A stretch of 64,000 nt of DNA, from NCBI GenBank assembly GCA_047946875.1, contig CP181398.1, positions 207,154 through 271,153 of the forward strand, written 5' to 3'. The translations under genes were made by a program, and so were the position numbers. A model generated the notes under the pieces. It saw only the letters and a list, made by a program, of their open reading frames with translations. It did no database searches and was not told the origin of the DNA. This document shows, piece after piece, positions 48,433 to 57,127 of the stretch. This stretch comes from Candidatus Kerfeldbacteria bacterium (GTDB lineage: Bacteria > Patescibacteriota > Patescibacteriia > UBA10025 > JAHIVO01). Numbering within the stretch: position 1 is the stretch's first letter; each line of letters begins with the position of its first letter.

Positions 48433-49350
48433 GTGAAGAAAATATTTTTCATTATTGTTTTTGTTTTAGCCTTCATTGGTATTTCTTTTGCAATTGGTCA
48501 TGTAGTTACAGGGAGTAATGATAATGAAATTACAGAAGTTGCTAATGTCTCCAATTCACGTAGTGAGATTATGATGGATAAGTATTTTTATCCGAATAAT
48601 TTTTATAACTCCGTTGAGCAAGCCACTGTTTCCGATGTTAAATTTCAGACAGATATTGTTAGAGCTGGTATAATTCCTCATGATATTACTCAGGGTCAGA
48701 TGATTGCACATTTTTTTCAAGGATTAATAAATCAAAATCCTAAAAGAATAATATTACTTGGCCCAAATCATTACGAGGTAGGTAATAGTAAATTTATTAC
48801 AACTACCGCTGATTGGGAGACTGAGTTTGGAATAGTTAAGACTGATGATAGGGTAGTTGAAAATTTATTAGTTAATTATCAATTTTCTGAGAATAGTAAG
48901 ATTATAGAAAATGAGCATTCTGTATCTGCGATTGTTCCTTATATATCTAATTATCTTCCTAACACACAAGTAGTGCCAATAATTTTTAAAGCTGATATAA
49001 GAGAGAATGAGATTGAAGCTGTTATTAAAATTATAGATGATTATATTGATGATGAAACAGTTGTGGTTGCCGCGGTGGATTTTTCTCATTATCTAACTAA
49101 AGCACAAGCTTCGATTAATGACGAAAAAACAAAAAATTATTTAGAGAATTTAGATTATCAAAGTATACTTAACTTAGGTGGAAATTTTAATGACTACCTT
49201 GATTCACCGGCCGTAATTGGGTTATTATTAAAGTGGTTGGATAATAAGGGGTATATAAATAGTCAGTTTTTAAGCCATGTTAATTCCGCTGATGAAGCAA
49301 ATGATCCAAATATCCAAACCACCAGTTATTTTGAATTAATTTATTACTAA
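48433..49350 (+). CDS. Memo1-family protein (AmmeMemoRadiSam system protein B-like) with N-terminal membrane anchor
   Basis: …GIIPHDITQGQ…ILLGPNH…IVPYISN… resembles MEMO/extradiol-dioxygenase class III. GTG start. Confidence 0.5.
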   Translation: MKKIFFIIVFVLAFIGISFAIGHVVTGSNDNEITEVANVSNSRSEIMMDKYFYPNNFYNSVEQATVSDVKFQTDIVRAGIIPHDITQGQMIAHFFQGLINQNPKRIILLGPNHYEVGNSKFITTTADWETEFGIVKTDDRVVENLLVNYQFSENSKIIENEHSVSAIVPYISNYLPNTQVVPIIFKADIRENEIEAVIKIIDDYIDDETVVVAAVDFSHYLTKAQASINDEKTKNYLENLDYQSILNLGGNFNDYLDSPAVIGLLLKWLDNKGYINSQFLSHVNSADEANDPNIQTTSYFELIYY

Positions 49351-49362
49351 TCAATTAAATAT

Positions 49363-50085
49363 ATGAAAAAAAGTATTATTTATTCATTATTAATCGCAGG
49401 TTTAGTATTGGTACCAGGACTCGTATTTGGTATGGAAGAGGTAGAGGTAGATACTACTACGATTACTGACCAGACTGATGAAGTGAGTAAGCTGGTAAAA
49501 GAAATTGAAGATGAGTTAGAAGATCCAGGGGTTTTACCTGATTCACCATTCTATTTTGTTAAAGAATGGTCAGAAGGGATTCAAGAATTTTTTACATTTG
49601 ATAATGAAAAAAAAGCAGAGTTACAATATAGATTTGCAATGAGACGAGTAGCTGAGGTAAATAAATTAGTATCCAAAGGAAAACTAGAAAAAGCTCAAGA
49701 ACATATGGATAAGTATGATTCGCATTTAGAGAAATTTTCTGAGAAGGTCGTTAAGCTAAAAGAAAAAGATGCCGACAAGGCAGAGGCATTAACAGACAAG
49801 TTAGAGATAATGCAAGTAAAACAGCAGAGTGTTTTAGCTGATGTTTATGATAAAGTTCCTGAAGAAGCAAAGGAAGGGATATTGAACGCAATGGAAAATT
49901 CTTCAAAAGGATTGGAAAATGCTATAGAGAAAATTGAAGGAAAAGAAAAGTTGGATTCTTTTAAAGAAAGATTTCGAAATAGAATCGAAGAGGAGTATCA
50001 AGATAAAAGTGATGAAGTGCAAGATAGTTTGAAAAAAAGAGCAAAGGAAATGGTAGATGATGCATTGGAAGGGGAGGATGAGTAA
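49363..50085 (+). CDS. secreted coiled-coil/charged protein
   Basis: Signal peptide, then a highly charged KE-rich helical sequence. Confidence 0.4.
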   Translation: MKKSIIYSLLIAGLVLVPGLVFGMEEVEVDTTTITDQTDEVSKLVKEIEDELEDPGVLPDSPFYFVKEWSEGIQEFFTFDNEKKAELQYRFAMRRVAEVNKLVSKGKLEKAQEHMDKYDSHLEKFSEKVVKLKEKDADKAEALTDKLEIMQVKQQSVLADVYDKVPEEAKEGILNAMENSSKGLENAIEKIEGKEKLDSFKERFRNRIEEEYQDKSDEVQDSLKKRAKEMVDDALEGEDE

Positions 50086-50159
50086 GTTGATGATAATAAT
50101 TAATAAAAAAAAGCGCTTTGATATTATCTTAGCGCTTTATGGTAGAAAGCAAATGCTTT

Positions 50160-50960
50160 TTAGGCTATAGTAGTTTCCGGTTCTTTAGAAACTACGTCTT
50201 CGTGTTCGTCCTGCTTTATACGGCGGCACATGATTGTTACTTGGTGCATACCATCTACAACACTGTTATTCATCACTTGGTAAATTTCCCATCCATCCTC
50301 GGAAAGTTTTTGGACAGTAGTCTTGTATAGATTGGTGTTTATAGGATTGGAACCAGCAATGGTATTTGCTGGAATATTATTTACAACCTCTTGGTGGTAG
50401 TCCCATGCCATTTGAGCACCCGATGAGATATGTTTATATCCCATTTTTTGCAGGAGTACGAGAGCACCAACGACGGATTTACCGGCAGTTTTGAGGATTA
50501 ATCCTCGTACAGAATTCCGGCTTATGCCAAGTATTTTGGACAACTTAACTTGATTATGTGTTATAGAAGTTAGTGCATTGCTCATTTGATTGCCAATGGA
50601 AAGTTCATTAGCAGTAAGATCAATGACAGGCATGCCATTTTCATCTTTCATAGGTAATTCACTGGTAGTATCGTCAGTCGTCGGACGTATAAAATAGTTC
50701 CCATCAATCTGGGATGGAAAACCAGGAACTACATACATGAATCCAAGGGATTGAAGATATCCAAGAAGCAACAGTATAGAGTTGTTTGAACCTTCTTCCA
50801 TTTGGATAATCAATCTTTTACTGAGTCCGGACTTTCCCATAGCCATTTCAATGTTCATTCCAGCAGTAATTCTTGCAAAGTGAAGTTGAGCCCCAATGGT
50901 TTTCGGGACATCTGATAGATTGACTATAGGTAATCGTTGGTCTTTCTTATCCTTGGCCAT
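50160..50960 (-). CDS. transcriptional regulator with two XRE-type HTH domains
   Basis: Two copies of an HTH_XRE-like segment (…IGAQLHFARITAGMNIEMAMGKSGLSKRLIIQMEEG… and …KLSKILGISRNSVRGLIL…). AAGGAGG RBS precedes the ATG at 50960. Confidence 0.45.
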   Translation of the reverse strand: MAKDKKDQRLPIVNLSDVPKTIGAQLHFARITAGMNIEMAMGKSGLSKRLIIQMEEGSNNSILLLLGYLQSLGFMYVVPGFPSQIDGNYFIRPTTDDTTSELPMKDENGMPVIDLTANELSIGNQMSNALTSITHNQVKLSKILGISRNSVRGLILKTAGKSVVGALVLLQKMGYKHISSGAQMAWDYHQEVVNNIPANTIAGSNPINTNLYKTTVQKLSEDGWEIYQVMNNSVVDGMHQVTIMCRRIKQDEHEDVVSKEPETTIA

Positions 50961-51183
50961 AAAAACCCTCCTTGTTTTATTAAAGTACATATGATATTTA
51001 AATTACCTTAATAAAATAAACAACTGTTGTCAAGCGACTTAACATCAATTTTGGTGTGAGGTTTAACAAAAAATTAAATAATTTATAACAAAAAATGAAC
51101 AACCATCGTGGGCCGATGGTCGTTCACATAATTATTCTATAATAGGATTTGATATTAATCAAGTCCTTTTTGTGCAAAAAAAA

Positions 51184-51221
51184 TAACCCTGTTAACTATT
51201 CTAGAAAAATTAACAGGGTTG
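51184..51221. promoter_or_regulatory. perfect 11-bp inverted repeat aaccctgttaa-N14-ttaacagggtt in the divergent regulator/sensor intergenic region
   Basis: Seen directly. Candidate operator or bidirectional terminator. Confidence 0.35.
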
Positions 51222-51401
51222 GCGTGGGACTCGTGGCGAGAGTCAGGTAGATATGCATCATTGCGATCGGATCAAACCAAATACTAGGAGAAGTATCAGA
51301 ATTTCTGTCGAAAATTTGTATTGAATGAGCAACTATGCTAAATATATTTTAATTATATATTATATAGAATATAAGTCAATTAATATAATATGAGAATATA
51401 T

Positions 51402-51410
51402 TTATCCACA
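51402..51410 (+). promoter_or_regulatory. perfect DnaA-box-like TTATCCACA about 100 bp upstream of sensor paralog 1
   Basis: Exact 9-mer. Confidence 0.3.
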
Positions 51411-51511
51411 GGTATGATATTTAGTTAATTTGACATAGATTGAGTGGGGTAGTAGGGTAATAGTGAGACGGCTTAATTATTAGCGACGGCGCATACTTAA
51501 TAGAAAATATT

Positions 51512-52921
51512 ATGTTAAAAGTAATATTATACCTATTCTCGGCCTTTAACCTTATTGTATATATATACTTGTTATTCGCAATAGGTAAGAGAATTACATA
51601 TAGTAAAGCACATAGGAGTTTTTTTATACTGATGATATTCACTATATTATGGATTTTTGTCAGGTTGCTTGAAAATACATTTGAGCGGTATTGGGAATTA
51701 TATATTAATTTAGATTTTGCAATAGCAGCACTAATTGGTTATGCATTAGTAATTTTTGCTTTACATTATCCAAAAGAAAATAAGAACCTCTCTCCAATTA
51801 AAGAAATATATATTTTAATGCCAATTGCAATTTTAGCAATCCTGTCATTTTTTAATGTTTATTATGAGATTTTTTCCTATAGAGTAATTGAATATTCTTA
51901 TAATTATATAATATATATTTTAATACTAATTATATATTTTCTTGGGATTGGAGGAACGCTATTTATAAAAAAATTAATAAAGAGTAAGGGTATAGAAAGA
52001 GTACAACTAAAATATATAAGTTTTGGATATATATCTTCAATTTCTGTATTGTTATTTGATAGTATTTATACAGCTTATGAAGGGGCAAGAACTGAGAATT
52101 GGGATTTCATTTTTTTTAATTTTACTATTATATTCGCAATAATAATTACTTACGCCATGTTACGTTATCGTTTTATGGACATACGAGTTATAGTGAGAAA
52201 AAGTATTGTCTATGGATTTTCATTAATTATAGTTTTGGGAGTTTTTGCATATTTCGTTTTGACTTTTAAACAGACAATTGAAGAGTCATGGAATTTGAAT
52301 ACTTCATGGACAGCGGGAATATTAATAATTATTGTAGCAGTAGGATTTCCTTCATTGAAAACTTTTGTGGAGAAGGTGGTTAATAAAATATTTCAAGATG
52401 AAAAAAGTATTGATTTGGCTGTAGCCGAAGTGAAAGAAAAATTATCACATGAAACTGATTTTGATAATTTGATTCATATTATTAAAAAAGAAATTAAAGA
52501 ATATCTTCAAGTTGAAAATATTCAACTTTTTGTATTGGATAAGGTTAATCATAATTTTAAAGGTAAGGATAATGAAGTAGGTAAAAGCATCCCACAAAAA
52601 AGTGATTTGATTAAATATTTTGAAAAGTATGATGATGTTCTTATAACGGAAGAGATTCCGCATTTACAGAATGAGCGTTCAGGTAAATTTGAAATAGAAA
52701 TGTTGAAACAAGCGGATAAGGAAATAAAGAAATATAATTTTAGATTGGCAATGCCAGTGATAGCAGATAAGGAAATTATTGCTGTACTTGGTTTTTCTGG
52801 GATCGGAAAAAGTTTTACAGTTCAGGATATAGATTACCTAAATAAACTAAGAGAACAAATAGCTTTCGCTATAGCTAACGCCTTACTTTATAAAGAGGCT
52901 ATAGATAGGATTAAGAAATAA
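51512..52921 (+). CDS. 7TM-sensor protein paralog 1 (HisKA_7TM-like membrane domain plus GAF-like cytoplasmic domain, no kinase)
   Basis: 7-8 TM. Conserved …MLRYRFMDIRVIVRKS… after the last TM. Paralogous to 55152-56585 and to the N-terminus of the HK at 59994. Confidence 0.55.
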   Translation: MLKVILYLFSAFNLIVYIYLLFAIGKRITYSKAHRSFFILMIFTILWIFVRLLENTFERYWELYINLDFAIAALIGYALVIFALHYPKENKNLSPIKEIYILMPIAILAILSFFNVYYEIFSYRVIEYSYNYIIYILILIIYFLGIGGTLFIKKLIKSKGIERVQLKYISFGYISSISVLLFDSIYTAYEGARTENWDFIFFNFTIIFAIIITYAMLRYRFMDIRVIVRKSIVYGFSLIIVLGVFAYFVLTFKQTIEESWNLNTSWTAGILIIIVAVGFPSLKTFVEKVVNKIFQDEKSIDLAVAEVKEKLSHETDFDNLIHIIKKEIKEYLQVENIQLFVLDKVNHNFKGKDNEVGKSIPQKSDLIKYFEKYDDVLITEEIPHLQNERSGKFEIEMLKQADKEIKKYNFRLAMPVIADKEIIAVLGFSGIGKSFTVQDIDYLNKLREQIAFAIANALLYKEAIDRIKK

Positions 52922-52950
52922 ATTGAAATTGAATAAAAAATTACTAAATA

Positions 52951-53022
52951 TGTCTTCCTGAGCTTTGCGAAGGAACTCCTGACCGTAGGTCAGGGGACTC
53001 TTCACTCCGTTCAGAGTGACAG
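52951..53022. repeat. MITE/REP-like element (tgtcttcctgagc … cctgaccgtaggtcagg … gttcagagtgaca)
   Basis: Same family as 9031-9166 (shared central palindrome and TIRs). Confidence 0.6.
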
Positions 53023-53031
53023 AATAAAATA

Positions 53032-54027
53032 ATGACAACTAATAAACCAAAAATTGCATTACTGTTTTGTGGGGGGTCTGCACTTGTTGCGGGAGAAAAA
53101 GTAATCTCTGTAAAAAAAGAAAGTGATATGAAAGCTTGGGTTGATGCTATCCCAGAAATAAATTTGATTGCAGATATTGAGTCGGTTTTCGTGTTTGGTG
53201 GCGATGCTTCAGAAATGAAACCTAAGTTGTGGAGTAATCTCATCAAAGAAATATATAAAAGAATTGGTGAGTATGATGGATTTGTAGTAACGCATGGTAT
53301 AGATACTATGTTATTTACTTCGGCAATGACAACATTCATGCTACAGTCTCTGAATAAGCCAATTATTTTTACAGGTTCTCCATTGTCAGCAGAAGTTACA
53401 GAAAGTGATAAACAAGATTTGTCAGGGTTGATTTCAAATTATAAATCGTTGGGAGTTAAAGCGAATATTATAAATGCGATTCAGGTAGCCACAATGGATA
53501 TCGCTGAAGTAGGAATAATGTTTGGTAATAAATTGATCAAGGCTACTAAGGCAGTGAAAAGTGATACACCGACGTTCAATTTTTTTGATGCGCATCAAGA
53601 CGGTTTGCTTGGTAAGGTAGATTTTGGGATAAAAATTTTGGACAAAACTAAAAAGAGGCATAAAGATAAAGTTCGGTTGATGGATACTATGGAAGAGAAT
53701 ATTTGTTTGTTGCAACTTTATCCTGGAGCCCCAGTAGAATTATTACAACAAATGATAGATAAAGATTGTCAGGGGATTATAGTAAGGAGTTTTAATACGA
53801 ACTTATTTCCTGATAGTTATCGTAGTCTGCTAGAACAAGCTTATAAAAAGAAGATACCGATTGTCGCACATAATCAGTCAGCTCTTGATATTAAGAAAAA
53901 AAAGAAAGAATATATTTTGGTTAATGACCAAACCTTTGAGACGACGTTTGTGAAATTCATGTGGGCTTTGGGGCAAACAAGAGATTTGGGTAAATTAAGA
54001 ATTATTATGTGGGAGAATGGAATTTAA
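53032..54027 (+). CDS. L-asparaginase family protein (type I asparaginase/GatD-like)
   Basis: …IALLFCGGS… N-terminal motif and VVTHGIDTMLFTSAMTTFML…NKPIIFTGS matching asparaginase N-terminal domain motifs. Confidence 0.6.
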   Translation: MTTNKPKIALLFCGGSALVAGEKVISVKKESDMKAWVDAIPEINLIADIESVFVFGGDASEMKPKLWSNLIKEIYKRIGEYDGFVVTHGIDTMLFTSAMTTFMLQSLNKPIIFTGSPLSAEVTESDKQDLSGLISNYKSLGVKANIINAIQVATMDIAEVGIMFGNKLIKATKAVKSDTPTFNFFDAHQDGLLGKVDFGIKILDKTKKRHKDKVRLMDTMEENICLLQLYPGAPVELLQQMIDKDCQGIIVRSFNTNLFPDSYRSLLEQAYKKKIPIVAHNQSALDIKKKKKEYILVNDQTFETTFVKFMWALGQTRDLGKLRIIMWENGI

Positions 54028-54326
54028 TGAAGGAAGAGAAAATATACTACGTCTATATAATAACTAATAAATACGATAAGGTTTTATATATCGGTACCAC
54101 TAGGAATCTAGAGAATAGGATAAGACAACACAAAAATAAAGAATTAACGGGATTTTCTGAAAAATATAATTTGAATAAGCTTGTATATTATGAAGAATTT
54201 GAAATGGCAATAGAAGCTTTTGATAGAGAGAAACAACTTAAGAATTGGCACAGGGAATGGAAAATTAATTTAATCAAAACTATGAATATAGAATTTAAAG
54301 ATTTAGCCAAAGAGTGGTATGAATGA
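54027..54326 (+). CDS. GIY-YIG nuclease family protein (small stand-alone)
   Basis: IYYVYII…VLYIGTTRNLENRIRQH…YYEEF. ATG overlaps the TAA of the upstream gene (TAATG). Confidence 0.75.
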   Translation: MKEEKIYYVYIITNKYDKVLYIGTTRNLENRIRQHKNKELTGFSEKYNLNKLVYYEEFEMAIEAFDREKQLKNWHREWKINLIKTMNIEFKDLAKEWYE

Positions 54327-54477
54327 GATCCTGAAACTAGTTCAGGATGAGGGAATAAAAAAATGTTAATAATCAACCTTCTCCTCATTCTGAATTTATT
54401 TCAGAATATCAATACTAAAAATATTTTCATCAATAAGTAATAAAAAATGAGTATATCAAACTACAAATTAGAAAATT
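54028..54477 (+). mobile_element. putative GIY-YIG insertion cassette bounded by synonymously recoded direct repeats of the host gene's 3' end (53951-54027 and 54478-54556)
   Basis: Both repeats encode the identical peptide VKFMWALGQTRDLGKLRIIMWENGI* but differ at many synonymous positions. Confidence 0.45.
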
Positions 54478-54556
54478 GTGAAATTCATGTGGGCTCTAGG
54501 ACAGACTAGAGACCTTGGTAAACTAAGAATAATTATGTGGGAGAATGGAATTTAAT

Positions 54557-55147
54557 ATGAGAACATACTTTTTTTCACCATTAATATCTACTGACACTCT
54601 GGATAAAAACTATAAGCTTATTATAGAAATTCTAAAAAAAGCTGGTGTGTTCGTCGTGGCCGCGACTGATGAAAATAATACTGATTTCAAAAAAGAAGAA
54701 TTAGAAAATATGCAGGAGTCAGGGGAGATATTGTTAGATAAAATGGATTGTATAATTATCGAAGCTTCCCAGACTGATCAGGAGATAGGATATCTATTAG
54801 CTTATGCAATTTCACAGAAAAAACCATTATTATATTTGTATAAAGTGGGTACCCCAGAAAAAGTTTCATTTGGATATCTTAACAAAAAAAATACTCCCGA
54901 CTTTGTTCGTATGGCTTCATACACTATTAAAGACTTGGAGCAAAAAGTATTGCAGTTTATCGATGAAGTTGGTATGGGCAAGGGGATTAAGGAAAAACCA
55001 ACAATTAAATTTACTCTTCGGATTACTTCTCAAATGGAAAGATATTTGGACTGGAAATCCAAACGTAAGAAAGTTTCTAAGGCAGATTTCTTACGCAAGA
55101 TCTTAGAAAGAATGATTGAGGAGGACGGGGATTTTAGAGGAAAATAA
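54557..55147 (+). CDS. hypothetical protein: Rossmann-like (nucleoside 2-deoxyribosyltransferase-like) N-domain plus C-terminal ribbon-helix-helix motif
   Basis: …DCIIIEASQTDQEIGYLLAYAISQKKPLLYLY… and C-terminal …KFTLRITSQMERYLDWKSKRKKVSKADFLRKILERM. Confidence 0.35.
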   Translation: MRTYFFSPLISTDTLDKNYKLIIEILKKAGVFVVAATDENNTDFKKEELENMQESGEILLDKMDCIIIEASQTDQEIGYLLAYAISQKKPLLYLYKVGTPEKVSFGYLNKKNTPDFVRMASYTIKDLEQKVLQFIDEVGMGKGIKEKPTIKFTLRITSQMERYLDWKSKRKKVSKADFLRKILERMIEEDGDFRGK

Positions 55148-55151
55148 TTTT

Positions 55152-56585
55152 ATGACTTTGATAACCATATCTACAATTATTGCAGTTCTGTCTAATGTTA
55201 TTCTAGGTTTATTTATAATAATGAAAGATAGATACAGTAAAACTAATCAATTACTAAGTGCTTATTGTTTTTTTATATCAATATGGGCAATTTCAAATTA
55301 TTTTTCACTTTCTCTTATTGAAAAAGGGGATATATTACTTTCAATGAGAGCAGTAATGTCATTTGCTACAGCTCAATCAATTGCTATATTATTATTTGTA
55401 ATTAATTATCCAAAAAGATCTTTTGATATAAAAGATAAGTGGAAATTGCCAATTATATTTTCAGGGTTAATAGTATTTATTTTGAGTTATACACCTTTTA
55501 TATTTTCTGATGTAATTATTTTCCAAGATGGTAGAACGCATTTACCTGTTGTTGAACCAGGAATTATGTTATTTGCTCTTGTTACTCTTGGTTCAATTTT
55601 CTTATCAATAATTATATTATTAAGAAGGGTAAAAAAAGAAGTTGGTTTATTAAAGTTACAATTAAAATATGTGCTTTATGGTTTAATGGTTATGTATTTT
55701 GGAATAATAGTTTTCTCTTTTGTATTTGTTGTAATTTTTAATAATTCAGATTATGTACATCTTAGTTCATTTTTGACACTGCCTTTTATAATACTAACTA
55801 CTTATTCAATTTTGAAATATCGTTTGATGGATATAAAGGTTGTAATGAAGAAAGGACTAGCTTATTTTATTTCAGTATTAATTTTGTTGTTTGGATATAT
55901 ATATTTACTATTTGTTTCGAAAGACTATCTTGTAAATGAGTATGGATATTCTGAGCAAACAATCTTGATTATATTAATATTAGTAATTGTTTTAACGTTT
56001 GAGCCATTGAGAAGATGTATTATTAAGCTTGTAGATAAAGTACTATTTTCTCAAGTTGAAGAGGAGAAAATACAAACTGATAAATTACGCATAACTCTCA
56101 GCTCTACAATGCAGTTTGATCAGTTGATAAATAAAATAGAGTCATTCTTAAAATATTTCTTAAATATTGAGGAGACGAATTTTATATGGCTAAATAAAGA
56201 GACTGGTAAGTTACAAAATTATAATAAGAGTAAAAAAATAGTTTTGGAAACTACTGGACCAGTTTTTCAATATTTGAAAAATAATACGGAAATTTTGGTA
56301 ACGGAAGAGATCCCATATTTGATAGAACAGATGAGTAACGGGGAGAGGGAGTTGCTAGTTAAAGTGGAAAAGAAGCTCAAGGATTTAAATGTCTACATGG
56401 TTATGCCAGTTGGTGAACCAGGGGAGTTGATGGGGATCTTTCTATTAACCCAAAAGAAAAATAAAGAAGCATTTACGACATATGATGTTGAGTATCTTAT
56501 TAAGTTGCAACCGCAAATGACAGGGGCGATTGCCAATGCGATATTTTATAAGCAGGCGGTGGAGAGGATTGGTAGGACGGAATAA
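55152..56585 (+). CDS. 7TM-sensor protein paralog 2 (no kinase domain)
   Basis: Same architecture and conserved segments as 51512-52921 (…ILKYRLMDIKVVMKKG… ; …IFYKQAVERIGRTE). Confidence 0.55.
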   Translation: MTLITISTIIAVLSNVILGLFIIMKDRYSKTNQLLSAYCFFISIWAISNYFSLSLIEKGDILLSMRAVMSFATAQSIAILLFVINYPKRSFDIKDKWKLPIIFSGLIVFILSYTPFIFSDVIIFQDGRTHLPVVEPGIMLFALVTLGSIFLSIIILLRRVKKEVGLLKLQLKYVLYGLMVMYFGIIVFSFVFVVIFNNSDYVHLSSFLTLPFIILTTYSILKYRLMDIKVVMKKGLAYFISVLILLFGYIYLLFVSKDYLVNEYGYSEQTILIILILVIVLTFEPLRRCIIKLVDKVLFSQVEEEKIQTDKLRITLSSTMQFDQLINKIESFLKYFLNIEETNFIWLNKETGKLQNYNKSKKIVLETTGPVFQYLKNNTEILVTEEIPYLIEQMSNGERELLVKVEKKLKDLNVYMVMPVGEPGELMGIFLLTQKKNKEAFTTYDVEYLIKLQPQMTGAIANAIFYKQAVERIGRTE

Positions 56586-56620
56586 TTTAATAATTAGTAA
56601 AAAACTTCCCCGAGAAATTT

Positions 56621-56911
56621 ATGAGGAAGTTTTTTGTTTATATTATGGCAAACAGGAATAATAACGTGTTATATGTTGGAGTGACGCGTGATTTGGAATA
56701 TAGGATTTGGGAGCATAAGAATAAAGTACACAAAGGTTTTACCAGTAAGTATAATGTGAATAAGTTGGTTTATTATGAGGAGTTTGATAGTGCATATGAA
56801 GCGATTATGCGGTAGAAGCAGTTGAAAGGTGGATCTAGACTTAAGAAAGTATTATTAATTGAAAGTATGAATAAAGATTGGATTGATTTATCAGCTGAGT
56901 GGTATTATTGA
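56621..56911 (+). pseudogene. GIY-YIG nuclease paralog disrupted by an in-frame TAG (GAG to TAG)
   Basis: FVYIMANRNNNVLYVGVTRDLEYRIWEH…YYEEF then TAG. The downstream frame continues KQLKGGSRLKK…AEWYY, which aligns to the intact paralog. Confidence 0.6.
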
Positions 56912-57035
56912 GATCGCTTCATTTTATTCGCGATGACAGAACTTTTTTATTCTTGTCATTGCGAGGAATGGAATGACGAAGCAATCTTAGCGTCTAAATT
57001 CAGGATGACCATCCTCCTGTCATTTCGGACTTGCT
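56905..57035. repeat. composite REP/MITE-like repeat cluster (gatcgcttc…tcgcgatgacag; cttgtcattgcgaggaatggaatgacgaagcaatcttagcg; caggatgaccatcctcctgtcat)
   Basis: Segments match both halves of the 26769-26847 element in reverse orientation. Confidence 0.55.
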
Positions 57036-57127
57036 TGTCCGCCTCTGGTGGGATCCAGAATCTCTATTGACTATTAGGCTTATTTTTGGTAAACAGAACA
57101 AAAGAAAACAAAAACATTGGAGGTTAC

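Noticed and set aside
10499-51410. Replication origin inferred from DnaA boxes
   Set aside because: The boxes are 12-15 kb apart, not clustered. There is no adjacent dnaA/dnaN and no box cluster next to an AT-rich unwinding element.
52944-53339. 131-aa minus-strand ORF overlapping the start of the asparaginase-like gene
   Set aside because: Its N-terminus is the translation of the GC-rich MITE-like repeat (…SPDLRSGVPSQSS…), and it is antisense to a well-supported gene.
54545-54556. ATG at 54545 as start of the RHH-domain gene
   Set aside because: It lies inside the recoded remnant of the asparaginase 3' end, in a different frame. The ATG at 54557, immediately after the remnant TAA, is the more parsimonious start.
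56813-56815. In-frame TAG in the GIY-YIG paralog as evidence of stop-codon reassignment
   Set aside because: TAG terminates the NUDIX gene at 2741-2743, and TAA/TGA/TAG all appear as ordinary stops at well-defined gene ends, so a nonsense mutation is the simpler explanation.
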